IMG/VR virus record: IMGVR_UViG_3300030085_004825
Location: 1 to 64,000 of that record
DNA length: 64,000 nt
Direction: 5' to 3' (one strand)
Origin: a virus
Of the stretch, positions 1 to 8,155 are shown one piece after another. Positions within the stretch are counted from its first letter, which is position 1, and every line of letters begins with the position of its first letter. The translations under genes were made by a program, and so were the position numbers. The notes below the pieces were generated by a model. It was not told where the DNA came from. It saw nothing but the letters and a program-made list of their open reading frames with translations, and made no database searches.

Positions 1-173
1 ATTATTACAAGAATTAAATATTATATATGGAAAGTGTATTATGGAGTGTATGGACTGGTTTTAGTGTGGTTATAACCCATTCATTGCCCGGACATGATTT
101 TTTAAGTCTGTTACAAAAATATATACAAAACACAATAAAACACACAAAGGTTTATTAAAAAGAGTATTAACTG

Positions 174-227
174 GGATAAAATTTATTAAAAAAGATTTCG
201 TATATTAAAGTATAATTAAAAAAAAAA
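174..227 (+). promoter_or_regulatory. Early-cassette promoter repeat, copy 1 (GG-N23-CGTATATT..ATAATTAAAAA)
   Basis: TTCGTATATT at 197-206 followed by TATAATTAAAAA directly before ATG 229; the same element recurs at 841, 1060 and 1306. Confidence 0.7.
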
Positions 228-228
228 C

Positions 229-498
229 ATGGAATTAATATTTAAAAAATTTTTAAAGGATAATAACAAATTAATTAATGAGTTATATGATGAATATGGG
301 AGATGTGGTTTTATAGATAAATTATATGACACATACCAATTTGAGAACATGGTTAAAAAATGTAATTTTAATACTGAGGAAGAACAGGGGTATGTAGATG
401 GATGGACTGATGATAAGGATGAGTTATTTTATAAGATGTTAAAGGATTTTTATATATCACCCATAAATCAGTATATATTAGAATATGTTATAGTATAA
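229..498 (+). CDS. hypothetical early protein
   Basis: 89 aa ORF directly behind the repeated promoter element. Confidence 0.75.
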   Translation: MELIFKKFLKDNNKLINELYDEYGRCGFIDKLYDTYQFENMVKKCNFNTEEEQGYVDGWTDDKDELFYKMLKDFYISPINQYILEYVIV

Positions 499-518
499 TT
501 AAAAAATAAATAAAGGTT

Positions 519-818
519 ATGAAAAGTTTTAAGGACAAGTTTAAAGTAGTAAATGGATTAATAAAACAAACATCAGGAGGAATTATTGATGAGGAAAAAG
601 ATGTTGAATTGGATGTAACAGTAGGGTATCGTTCAGAGGATAATTATGGATGGTTTGAATTTTATGATGTTAAAACAGGAGGAAATGAGTGGTATGCTGA
701 GGGAGGATTATGGTTTGATGGAAAGGAATTAACTGATTACGATGGGGTATTTTCATTATCATCTTTTATTATATCATATCTTAAGAAGAAAGGATTTGAT
801 GTTTCATATGCAGAATAG
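519..818 (+). CDS. hypothetical early protein
   Basis: 99 aa ORF preceded by a partial repeat (TAGTATAATTAAAAAA). Confidence 0.8.
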   Translation: MKSFKDKFKVVNGLIKQTSGGIIDEEKDVELDVTVGYRSEDNYGWFEFYDVKTGGNEWYAEGGLWFDGKELTDYDGVFSLSSFIISYLKKKGFDVSYAE

Positions 819-869
819 GAGTAAATTTACTAGAAATTAATTCGTATATTATATTATAATTAAAAAAAA
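818..869 (+). promoter_or_regulatory. Early-cassette promoter repeat
   Basis: GG at 818-819, TTCGTATATT at 841-850, then ATAATTAAAAA. Confidence 0.7.
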
Positions 870-872
870 CAT

Positions 873-1055
873 ATGAATAAATTAAGATTTGTTACGGACG
901 ATATTAAAGAGTTAAAAGAATTTAAAGTTAAATTAAACGAATTGGTAGAGGATCATCATCACGGAATATATTTAATAGATGATATATTTCACTATATAGG
1001 ACAAATAAATAAAACTTTAGATTATGTTATAAAACAGGACGAAGTAAATAAATAA
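873..1055 (+). CDS. hypothetical early protein
   Basis: 60 aa ORF between two promoter repeats. Confidence 0.7.
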   Translation: MNKLRFVTDDIKELKEFKVKLNELVEDHHHGIYLIDDIFHYIGQINKTLDYVIKQDEVNK

Positions 1056-1085
1056 ATAATTCGTATATTATAGTATAATTAAAAA
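1037..1085 (+). promoter_or_regulatory. Early-cassette promoter repeat
   Basis: GG at 1037-1038, TTCGTATATT at 1060-1069, then TAGTATAATTAAAAA. Confidence 0.7.
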
Positions 1086-1093
1086 GAGATAAT

Positions 1094-1297
1094 ATGTTTG
1101 AAAAAGAAATGTTATTGGGGATGCCCAAAGAGATGAAACTAGGTTTGTTGGATGATGCTAATAAAACTGGTGAATACACAATAGTAAGACAAATGATGAA
1201 GATATTATTGGATGCACCCATAAGTGAAGGTGGTATCAGTACTGAGGAGATACAAGAAGTACTTAGTATGAAAAAACAATACGGTAAGTTTAAATAA
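1094..1297 (+). CDS. hypothetical early protein
   Basis: 67 aa ORF between two promoter repeats. Confidence 0.7.
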   Translation: MFEKEMLLGMPKEMKLGLLDDANKTGEYTIVRQMMKILLDAPISEGGISTEEIQEVLSMKKQYGKFK

Positions 1298-1332
1298 TAA
1301 AATAATTCGTATATTACATCATAATTAAAAAA
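1283..1332 (+). promoter_or_regulatory. Early-cassette promoter repeat
   Basis: GG at 1283-1284, TTCGTATATT at 1306-1315, then ATAATTAAAAAA. Confidence 0.7.
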
Positions 1333-1340
1333 GATATAAT

Positions 1341-1589
1341 ATGAAAGTAACGTTTGAATTAGAGGAAAAAGAGTTGTGTGTATTAATTGATTTAATGCAA
1401 GGACATTGTGCAAGCGAGAAAGCGAGAGGTAAGAAAATGATGCCGTATTGGGAATCAGATGATCATGAGTTAAATAAAATGGAGATAGCGGGGCATAAGG
1501 ATAGACTAAATTTAGCTGAGGGATTAACTCATAAACTTGTTAAATTATATTGTGATGAGTTTTGGATAATAGATGGGATTGATGATTGA
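1341..1589 (+). CDS. hypothetical early protein
   Basis: 82 aa ORF behind the repeat, followed by a terminator. Confidence 0.75.
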   Translation: MKVTFELEEKELCVLIDLMQGHCASEKARGKKMMPYWESDDHELNKMEIAGHKDRLNLAEGLTHKLVKLYCDEFWIIDGIDD

Positions 1590-1606
1590 TAGTAGTTGTT
1601 AAGGTT

Positions 1607-1631
1607 AGGGGGTAGTAATACCCCCTTTTTT
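1607..1631 (+). terminator. Rho-independent terminator
   Basis: AGGGGGTA-GTAA-TACCCCCT stem with GNRA loop, followed by a T run. Confidence 0.85.
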
Positions 1632-1800
1632 ATGTGGTACCGTATATGGTAGTATATATATTATATGTATACGGCCATAATATAGTAATATCGTCCCACG
1701 CGCGCCGTTGTCAATATGGATGTGATGCGCGGGAAGGAAAGGATTAGACACCCTTATAAATCGTAAACGATCTACCAACATCGATTAGTATATACTCATA
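1632..1800. other. GC-enriched, palindrome-rich non-coding segment (candidate ncRNA, origin or packaging site)
   Basis: Inverted repeats CCGTATA/TATACGG (1640-1674), TCCC..GCGC/GCGCGGGA (1694-1734), ATCGT/ACGAT (1760-1771), palindrome AGTATATACT (1787-1796). Confidence 0.4.
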
Positions 1801-1913
1801 TACCCCACAATGTAACCCAAATTCTCAAAATGGTAATTTTTTGTTTTTTCCACGGATATCAAATCTTTTTTTTTAAAAATTTTTTTTACTCGACAAAAAT
1901 ATATACCAGCACA

Positions 1914-1922
1914 ATATGTATA
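1914..1922 (+). promoter_or_regulatory. putative late promoter ATATGTATA
   Basis: Member of the ATAT(T/G)TAT(A/T) motif family seen upstream of about 20 genes in the window. Confidence 0.6.
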
Positions 1923-1932
1923 AACAAAAAAT

Positions 1933-2169
1933 ATGAGTAATATTAAACAAGAAATGGATAAAGTAATCCAAGAATTAGAAAGTAAGGGTATCAACCACAC
2001 TACCACAGAACAACAAGTAGTTGGTTTAGGTGATATTGTAGAATCTTCTTTACAAAAGTTTGGAATTACCCAAGATAGGTTTAAAAGTTGGTTTGGTCTT
2101 CAAGAATGTAATTGTACCAAACGCAAAAAATATTTAAATAACCTTTTTAATTGGAAAGTTAATAAATAA
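1933..2169 (+). CDS. small CxC protein (GLGD..E...CNC.KRK..LN type)
   Basis: 78 aa ORF with late motif upstream; resembles small conserved proteins of Bacteroidota phages (from recall). Confidence 0.75.
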   Translation: MSNIKQEMDKVIQELESKGINHTTTEQQVVGLGDIVESSLQKFGITQDRFKSWFGLQECNCTKRKKYLNNLFNWKVNK

Positions 2170-2172
2170 TCA

Positions 2173-2490
2173 ATGTCAGTAAAATTTACATTCCATAATC
2201 CTTCAGCATCAGCTTATTTTATTATGGAGACAACAAAATCTTTTGATGAGGGATATACTTCGGCTACACCTAAGTATGCATCGGGTTCATTTTCCTCATT
2301 TACTGGGTCTGATATTACTACCCAACAAACATTTTTGTTTAAAGATGGGATTGTCCAAGATGATTTTAAATTAGCTCAAGTAGTACCTCCTGGTACTTCT
2401 TCATTTACATTTAATAATACTATTACTATACCTGTTGGGACTGTAATTTTTAGAGGGACAGGAGATTTTGACTTAATTATTGAAACTTAA
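2173..2490 (+). CDS. hypothetical, probable virion protein
   Basis: Beta-rich 105 aa protein with SAS/SGS/TGS/TSS motifs. Confidence 0.7.
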   Translation: MSVKFTFHNPSASAYFIMETTKSFDEGYTSATPKYASGSFSSFTGSDITTQQTFLFKDGIVQDDFKLAQVVPPGTSSFTFNNTITIPVGTVIFRGTGDFDLIIET

Positions 2491-2499
2491 TATATACGT

Positions 2500-3399
2500 A
2501 TGGCTGTTTATAACATAACACGGAAGCAATTAAAGGAGAAAAGTACAATCCGAGGAGGTAGGAAAGTTGAGGGGATTTTAAATACATTTGAAATACCTGT
2601 TGCTGGTGGGTTTACTAATACCTATTCTGCTTTATTTACTGGTGCTACAAATGAAAAAATCGATACTGGTGATAGTTTTAAACCTTCAAGATCATCTTCT
2701 TTTAGTATAAGTGCGTGGGTAAAATATACTGGGGGTGAATATGATTCTAATACTATGCTTGTTTCTAAATTAGCAGCTGGGAGAGGTGCTGTATTTAGAG
2801 GGTATAGGGTGCAATTTAATAGTGAGATAGGCGTTGCATTTTCACTACAAGCTGTTGGGAATAATTTTATCACCCAGCAAACTGCTAAACATAGTGGATC
2901 AAATGCTCTTGTACCAACAAAAAACCAATGGAATCATATAGTAGCAACTTATAATGGAAATTTTAGTGGATCAGGAATGAATATTTATATTAATGGAGTT
3001 AGTTGTGTATCACAATCTGCAGGTGGTGATATTGTAAATAATTTTCAGAGAGGATCAACACCTAATGTATTAGATCTTTCTCAAGGAGAAATCCAAGATA
3101 CTTCAACTATTAGTATTGGATCACGAAGTGGTGGTGCAGGCTCAGTTTGGATTGGTAATATTGATGAATTTGTATTTTTTAATGGAGAGTTAGCCCAAAG
3201 TGATGTAACAGCTTTATATAATAGTGGATTACCTAATTTAGCAACTGATATAGATTATAGTAAACAATTTATAACCCCAGCACATTATTATAGAATGGGT
3301 GATAATGATGGAGGTACTGGTACTACAGTTACAGATCAAGTAGGTAGTGCAAATGGTACGCTTTTCTTTATGAACTTTGAAGAAGATGTACCAGATTAA
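2500..3399 (+). CDS. LamG/ConA-like lectin domain virion protein
   Basis: FSISAWVK, WNHIVATYNG, IYING, GNIDEF..FNGEL...V..LYN motifs typical of Laminin_G_3. Confidence 0.85.
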   Translation: MAVYNITRKQLKEKSTIRGGRKVEGILNTFEIPVAGGFTNTYSALFTGATNEKIDTGDSFKPSRSSSFSISAWVKYTGGEYDSNTMLVSKLAAGRGAVFRGYRVQFNSEIGVAFSLQAVGNNFITQQTAKHSGSNALVPTKNQWNHIVATYNGNFSGSGMNIYINGVSCVSQSAGGDIVNNFQRGSTPNVLDLSQGEIQDTSTISIGSRSGGAGSVWIGNIDEFVFFNGELAQSDVTALYNSGLPNLATDIDYSKQFITPAHYYRMGDNDGGTGTTVTDQVGSANGTLFFMNFEEDVPD

Positions 3400-3401
3400 T
3401 T

Positions 3402-3968
3402 ATGAAACAATATAATGTAAATTTTCAAGATTCTCAAATTACATTTAATAAAAATAATGATCCTAATTTAATTGAACATGTAATGATGGATTGGGAGGAT
3501 GATCTTATGAAGGGTCATGCTAAGGTAGTATGTTATAATAAAGGAGATATTCTAGAATTTGGTTTTGGTATGGGTATATCTGCTACACATATCCAATCTT
3601 ATAAACCAAAATCTCACACTATAATAGAAATCCATCCCCAAATTATTGAAAAAGCCAAATTGTGGGCATTAGATAAACACAATGTTAAAATAATTGAGGG
3701 GGATTGGTTTGAATGTTTAGATCAACTAGATAAGTATGATGGCATATTTTTTGATACTTATAGTGATAATAATTTTACAGCATTTGGTCAAATAGCAAAA
3801 ACATTAACTAAACCAGGAGCTCATATTACGTGGTGGAACTCTATATCTAAACCCGATAATGTATATGGGTTTAAAGATGTTACATATATAAAATATGATG
3901 TAGATCCTCCTAAAAATAGTTATTTTAATGATAAGGCATATTATTTGCCTATAAAAATATTTCCCTAA
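3402..3968 (+). CDS. class I SAM-dependent methyltransferase, RMT2/GAMT-like
   Basis: VMMDWE, ILEFGFGMGI (motif I), HTIIEIHP, GDW, YDGIFFDTY. Confidence 0.85.
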   Translation: MKQYNVNFQDSQITFNKNNDPNLIEHVMMDWEDDLMKGHAKVVCYNKGDILEFGFGMGISATHIQSYKPKSHTIIEIHPQIIEKAKLWALDKHNVKIIEGDWFECLDQLDKYDGIFFDTYSDNNFTAFGQIAKTLTKPGAHITWWNSISKPDNVYGFKDVTYIKYDVDPPKNSYFNDKAYYLPIKIFP

Positions 3969-3981
3969 TATTTATAAGAAA

Positions 3982-4170
3982 ATGGCACATAAAGTATTTA
4001 TTAGACATACTTATATTTATAAATGTAGTGATAATAAATGTAAAGGAGAGTGGAAAATAAATGAAGCCGAAAACATTGAAAAATTGGGTTGTCCCCATTG
4101 TGGAAAACAAGACTATATAGAATATGTTAGAGTAGATCAACGTGAAAAATACAATAAAAAATGGGGATAA
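3982..4170 (+). CDS. zinc-ribbon protein
   Basis: CSDNKC...CPHC; ATATTTATA at 3968-3976. Confidence 0.7.
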   Translation: MAHKVFIRHTYIYKCSDNKCKGEWKINEAENIEKLGCPHCGKQDYIEYVRVDQREKYNKKWG

Positions 4171-4721
4171 AAATAAAACTAATTGTTTTATTTATATTAT
4201 GTTTTTTTTCTTGTAATAAAATTGATGATGATGGGTTTAAAATCTATAAAATTAAAGAAAATAAACATCGCTCTACTTTTAAAGTAAAATATACTGAAAA
4301 AGATTCATTTGATTTCCAAGTTAAATTTAATAAATCTGCTATATATACCTCTAAAGACCCTATAAACCAATTTGATGTTAATAAAATTTGGGGTTTAAGT
4401 GATTGTGGGACTACTCACCATAAAAATTCTATTCGATTTGGTTGGCGTTGGGATTTAAATCAAGAACAAATTGAAATTTTAATGTATCGCCGTTTATTAG
4501 GTGATTTTGATTTTAAATCATTAGGATATACAAATCCTGGGGATGTTAATTATATGTCGTTAGATATAACTGATAATTATTATTATATGTATTTAAATGG
4601 TATAGTAGATTCTATGGGTAGAGATTGTTGTAATGATCCTAAAAGAAGATATTTTTTATATCCTTATTTTGGTGGTACCGAAAAAGCCCCTCATGATATT
4701 ATTATAAAAATAAAAGATTAA
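4161..4721 (+). CDS. putative lipoprotein
   Basis: Basic N-terminus, hydrophobic stretch and lipobox-like FFSC. Confidence 0.7.
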   Translation: MGIKIKLIVLFILCFFSCNKIDDDGFKIYKIKENKHRSTFKVKYTEKDSFDFQVKFNKSAIYTSKDPINQFDVNKIWGLSDCGTTHHKNSIRFGWRWDLNQEQIEILMYRRLLGDFDFKSLGYTNPGDVNYMSLDITDNYYYMYLNGIVDSMGRDCCNDPKRRYFLYPYFGGTEKAPHDIIIKIKD

Positions 4722-4779
4722 AAAAGTAGGTTTTTTAAAAAAATTTTCGTATAGTTAAAAAAATTAAAAAAAATACATT

Positions 4780-5004
4780 ATGAAAACTAAAAAGTTAACT
4801 ACCCCAGATGGAACTATTGTACATTATTTTGAAGGGAAAATGCATAATTGGGATGGTCCTGCTTTAATACCTGAAGGGAAAAGAAAAAATAAAGAATATT
4901 ATTTATATGGTATAAAATATTCTGAAGCTGAGTGGAAAGATGCTAAAAGGAGATGGGAAGGTTTGCCTTGGTATAAAGGATCTACCGCTAAAACTAGATT
5001 TTAA
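4780..5004 (+). CDS. hypothetical protein with HxxDGPA unit
   Basis: MHNWDGPALI..EYYLYG motif; promoter-like TTCGTATAGTT at 4746-4756. Confidence 0.75.
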   Translation: MKTKKLTTPDGTIVHYFEGKMHNWDGPALIPEGKRKNKEYYLYGIKYSEAEWKDAKRRWEGLPWYKGSTAKTRF

Positions 5005-5020
5005 TTTAAAAATATTTATT

Positions 5021-5272
5021 ATGGATAATATTTATGAACAAAAATACCAAGCAGAATTAACAGATTTACAAGATCAATTAATAAATTTACAAAACAATTT
5101 AATTAGTATGTATAATATTAGAGATGATGTTTGGAGATATCACCCTAATAATGAAAATTTTGTAAATCCTATTGTTGAGTATGATAATGTTGTTGGGGAA
5201 ATAGAAGAATTACAAAAAACAATTAGTAAAATAGAATTAAAAGTAATGCATTTAAAGTCTGCTAACCAATAA
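5021..5272 (+). CDS. hypothetical coiled-coil protein (start revised from 4940)
   Basis: ATG 5021 follows ATATTTATT at 5012-5020 and avoids overlap with the previous gene. Confidence 0.7.
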   Translation: MDNIYEQKYQAELTDLQDQLINLQNNLISMYNIRDDVWRYHPNNENFVNPIVEYDNVVGEIEELQKTISKIELKVMHLKSANQ

Positions 5273-5278
5273 TATAAA

Positions 5279-5719
5279 ATGAATATAAATAACATATTTA
5301 GTTTATTTGGATCTAATGATAAAGACGATAAAGAAGATTTAGACGCTTTTAAAGATTCCCCTTTATTTAAAGTTGGGATGTTTAAAAAAATGATTTGGAA
5401 TGGAAAGGTTTTTAGAGATCAAGTTTTAAATTTTTTAAAAAAAGCTGATATTGACATGGAGATTGGGGATGATTTAGATGAAGCTGGGGATTATATGATG
5501 CACACTAGGGCTTATTATTGGGTACAGGATTGTAATTTACAAGACGAAGAATGGAAGAAAGCACTAAATCATTATATAGATGATGAGTTTGTAGTATGTT
5601 TTAAACTTTGTATAAAATATTTTGAAGAATTTGAAGAATTTGAAAAATGTGCTTTTCTTAAAAAAATTCAAACATATATAGAAAAACAAGAAGTTTTAAA
5701 TAAGTTAAAAGAAACTTGA
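5279..5719 (+). CDS. hypothetical protein with C-terminal UVR-like helix
   Basis: EEFEKCAFLKK resembles the UvrB/C motif. Confidence 0.7.
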   Translation: MNINNIFSLFGSNDKDDKEDLDAFKDSPLFKVGMFKKMIWNGKVFRDQVLNFLKKADIDMEIGDDLDEAGDYMMHTRAYYWVQDCNLQDEEWKKALNHYIDDEFVVCFKLCIKYFEEFEEFEKCAFLKKIQTYIEKQEVLNKLKET

Positions 5720-5809
5720 TTTCCTAAAATATTTTTATTACCTTAAAAACATATTTTGATTTTAAAAATGATTAAATAATTAAATGACTAAATAATTAAA
5801 TAAAAAAAA

Positions 5810-5977
5810 ATGAAAAATAAAGAGTTGTTATTAAGACGCTTACAAACTTTAGAAGGTTTACTTAAACGAACTAGAGTATATCTTAGTGAAAATCGTATAC
5901 AAGATACTAAAAAGGTACTTGAGCAAATCCTTGAATTAAGACAGGATATGGAATCAATAGTAGAAAGAGAAAACTAA
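5810..5977 (+). CDS. hypothetical 55 aa helical protein (not in ORF track)
   Basis: Translated by hand: MKNKELLLRRLQTLEGLLKRTRVYLSENRIQDTKKVLEQILELRQDMESIVEREN*; fills the gap, A-rich leader. Confidence 0.7.
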   Translation: MKNKELLLRRLQTLEGLLKRTRVYLSENRIQDTKKVLEQILELRQDMESIVEREN

Positions 5978-5993
5978 AATTAAAATAAAAGTT

Positions 5994-6788
5994 ATGAAAC
6001 TATCAGCAGAACACATACAAGCAAATTGGGAAGTATTTTTAACTAATATTGAACAATATATTTCTTCCCCTAGAAAAGAAAAATTACTCCAATTCTATAA
6101 AAAATATGAAGAACGTATTATGTTAATGCCTGCTTCCCATAAAAAAGAATATCATAATGCATTCCCAGGCGGATATGTTGAACATGTTAATAGGGTAGTG
6201 CGCTGTGCTTTAAAACAATGTGATTTATGGAAAGAAGAAGAAGCAGATATAACTACTTTTACAGAAGAAGAATTAGTATTTTCTGCTATTAATCACGATT
6301 TAGGTAAAATGGGTGATGAAGAAAATGAATCTTATATCCCCCAGACTGATAAATGGAGACGTGATAAATTAGGTGAAGATTATATGTTTAATGATAAAAT
6401 CCCTTTTGCTTCAGTACCAGATAGAGGTTTATTTTTACTCCAATCTCATAATATACAATATACATTTAATGAAATGGTAGCTATTCAAACACATGATGGT
6501 TTATATGACTCAGCAAATGATAAATATTTAAAAGGATGGATGCCAGAACAAAAACCAAGAACATGTTTACCTTTTATATTACACCAAGCCGATTTAATGG
6601 CAGCTCGTATTGAATTTGAACGTGAATGGTTATCTAAATTAAATAGAAAACAAAAATCCGTGGATAAGCCAAAAGAAAATTATACATTAGGAACAACACC
6701 AAATTCATCTAAAAAATTATCTACTAAAGTTAAAGCTTTAGGTTCGATGAAAAGTGATGGATTAAAAAATATGTTAGATAACTTATGA
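5994..6788 (+). CDS. HD-domain phosphohydrolase
   Basis: HNAFPGGYVEH, NHDLGK, HDG, LHQAD motifs. Confidence 0.85.
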   Translation: MKLSAEHIQANWEVFLTNIEQYISSPRKEKLLQFYKKYEERIMLMPASHKKEYHNAFPGGYVEHVNRVVRCALKQCDLWKEEEADITTFTEEELVFSAINHDLGKMGDEENESYIPQTDKWRRDKLGEDYMFNDKIPFASVPDRGLFLLQSHNIQYTFNEMVAIQTHDGLYDSANDKYLKGWMPEQKPRTCLPFILHQADLMAARIEFEREWLSKLNRKQKSVDKPKENYTLGTTPNSSKKLSTKVKALGSMKSDGLKNMLDNL

Positions 6789-7072
6789 TAATTTTAATAG
6801 TAACCGTTTGTATATTAGCAGTTTTATCTATAATTTTAGGATGGACGACTTATAACCTAATGAAAAAACAAGAAAAATCAGAAGATATTCTTTTAGGTTA
6901 TATGGAATACTTAGATAAATTTTCTAGAATAATTGAAGCTTCTAATAAAAAGTTAAAAGAAGTAGATAATAGAAGAATATTTGAAAAAGATGATGATGTA
7001 GGTATTATATTTGATTCAATTTTAAAAATCCAAGAAATTTTAAATGAATTCACAGTAAAAAAAGTTAAATAA
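6785..7072 (+). CDS. membrane-anchored hypothetical protein
   Basis: N-terminal TM helix followed by coiled coil. Confidence 0.75.
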   Translation: MIILIVTVCILAVLSIILGWTTYNLMKKQEKSEDILLGYMEYLDKFSRIIEASNKKLKEVDNRRIFEKDDDVGIIFDSILKIQEILNEFTVKKVK

Positions 7073-7073
7073 T

Positions 7074-7787
7074 ATGCCTCCAATAAAAAAAAAGAGGAGA
7101 AAAAAAAGTAAAAATTATTTTACTCAAGAAACAGAAGATGCTATTGTTTTATACAATAGCATTTCTGACTCTGAAATGAAAAGTAAAATATATGAAGAAA
7201 AAATACACTATCCTTTTTTTAAACTAACCCAAAACATAATACATACTTTTAAATTTTATCACACTGAAGTAGAAAATTTAGAACATTTACAACATGAAAT
7301 CATAGTATTTCTGTTATCCAAAATCCATTTATTCAACCCAGATCGAGGTTCTAAAGCATATTCTTATTTTGGCACTATTGTAAAACGTTGGTGTATTTTA
7401 TATAATGATAAAAACTATAAGAAAAAAATTGTTACTAACCCCATTGAAGAAATAAATGAAGATGAATCTCACTCATATAATTTAGATATTTCAAACGTTA
7501 ATGAAGATCTATCTTTTTTTCTAGATAAATTTGTAGATTATGTTTCTATTAATTTATATAATTTTTTTCCAAAACCTCTTGATGCTAGAATAGCAGATTC
7601 TGTTTTAGAACTTTTTAGAAAAAGAGAAAATATAGATGTTTTTAATAAAAAAGCCCTTTATATTTACCTCCATGAAATGCTTCCTGAGGTAAAAACTCCA
7701 AAAATAACTAAAATATCTCAACAAATATATAACATATTTAAAAAACATTATCTTTTTTATTTAGAAAATGGATATATAAATTTTTAA
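7074..7787 (+). CDS. phage sigma factor (T4 gp55-like late sigma)
   Basis: NYFT...AI start and FNPDRGSKAYSYFGTI, similar to sigma region 2 (FDP.RG..F..Y; gp55 NPFAYFTQ). Confidence 0.65.
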   Translation: MPPIKKKRRKKSKNYFTQETEDAIVLYNSISDSEMKSKIYEEKIHYPFFKLTQNIIHTFKFYHTEVENLEHLQHEIIVFLLSKIHLFNPDRGSKAYSYFGTIVKRWCILYNDKNYKKKIVTNPIEEINEDESHSYNLDISNVNEDLSFFLDKFVDYVSINLYNFFPKPLDARIADSVLELFRKRENIDVFNKKALYIYLHEMLPEVKTPKITKISQQIYNIFKKHYLFYLENGYINF

Positions 7788-7816
7788 GTTTTTATATTTA
7801 TACCCAAATAAAACAT

Positions 7817-8155
7817 ATGGGAAACTTAGAATCAAACATTTTTGGTAAGAAAAAATTTTCTGATATTTTAAAAGAAATCTACGACAACCAAAAGAAAAAA
7901 GAAACCCAAATTTCAGCTTTAATAAATGAATTAAAACCATTAATTAATGATATTGGTGATGCTACTTTAGTAGTTCCTTTAATTAAAGAGTATATGGAAT
8001 TAGGAATTAAAAATGATGAACAACTGATTAAAATGTCTACTATTATCCAACGTGCTTTATCCTCCAATAAATCAGAAGAAGAAGGTTTTGGTATGACTGA
8101 AGAAGAAAAAAAGCAGCTATTAACTGAAATAGAAAAATTTAACCCTAAAAAGTAA
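7817..8155 (+). CDS. hypothetical helical protein
   Basis: 112 aa; ATATTTATA at 7794-7802. Confidence 0.8.
   Translation: MGNLESNIFGKKKFSDILKEIYDNQKKKETQISALINELKPLINDIGDATLVVPLIKEYMELGIKNDEQLIKMSTIIQRALSSNKSEEEGFGMTEEEKKQLLTEIEKFNPKK

Noticed and set aside
1-75. Possible 3' end of an upstream gene
   Set aside because: Two frames are open for only 20-24 codons; the frame cannot be decided
174-1340. Repeats as a CRISPR or guide-RNA array
   Set aside because: Repeats are degenerate, spacing is irregular (about 220-350 nt), spacers are whole ORFs and no cas-like gene is nearby
1632-1800. tRNA in the GC-rich gap
   Set aside because: No cloverleaf, T-loop GTTC or D-loop pattern found
4940-5020. 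Track starts at 4940 (also 32426 and 35905)
   Set aside because: They overlap upstream genes; downstream ATGs at 5021, 32504 and 35920 give motif-consistent N-termini
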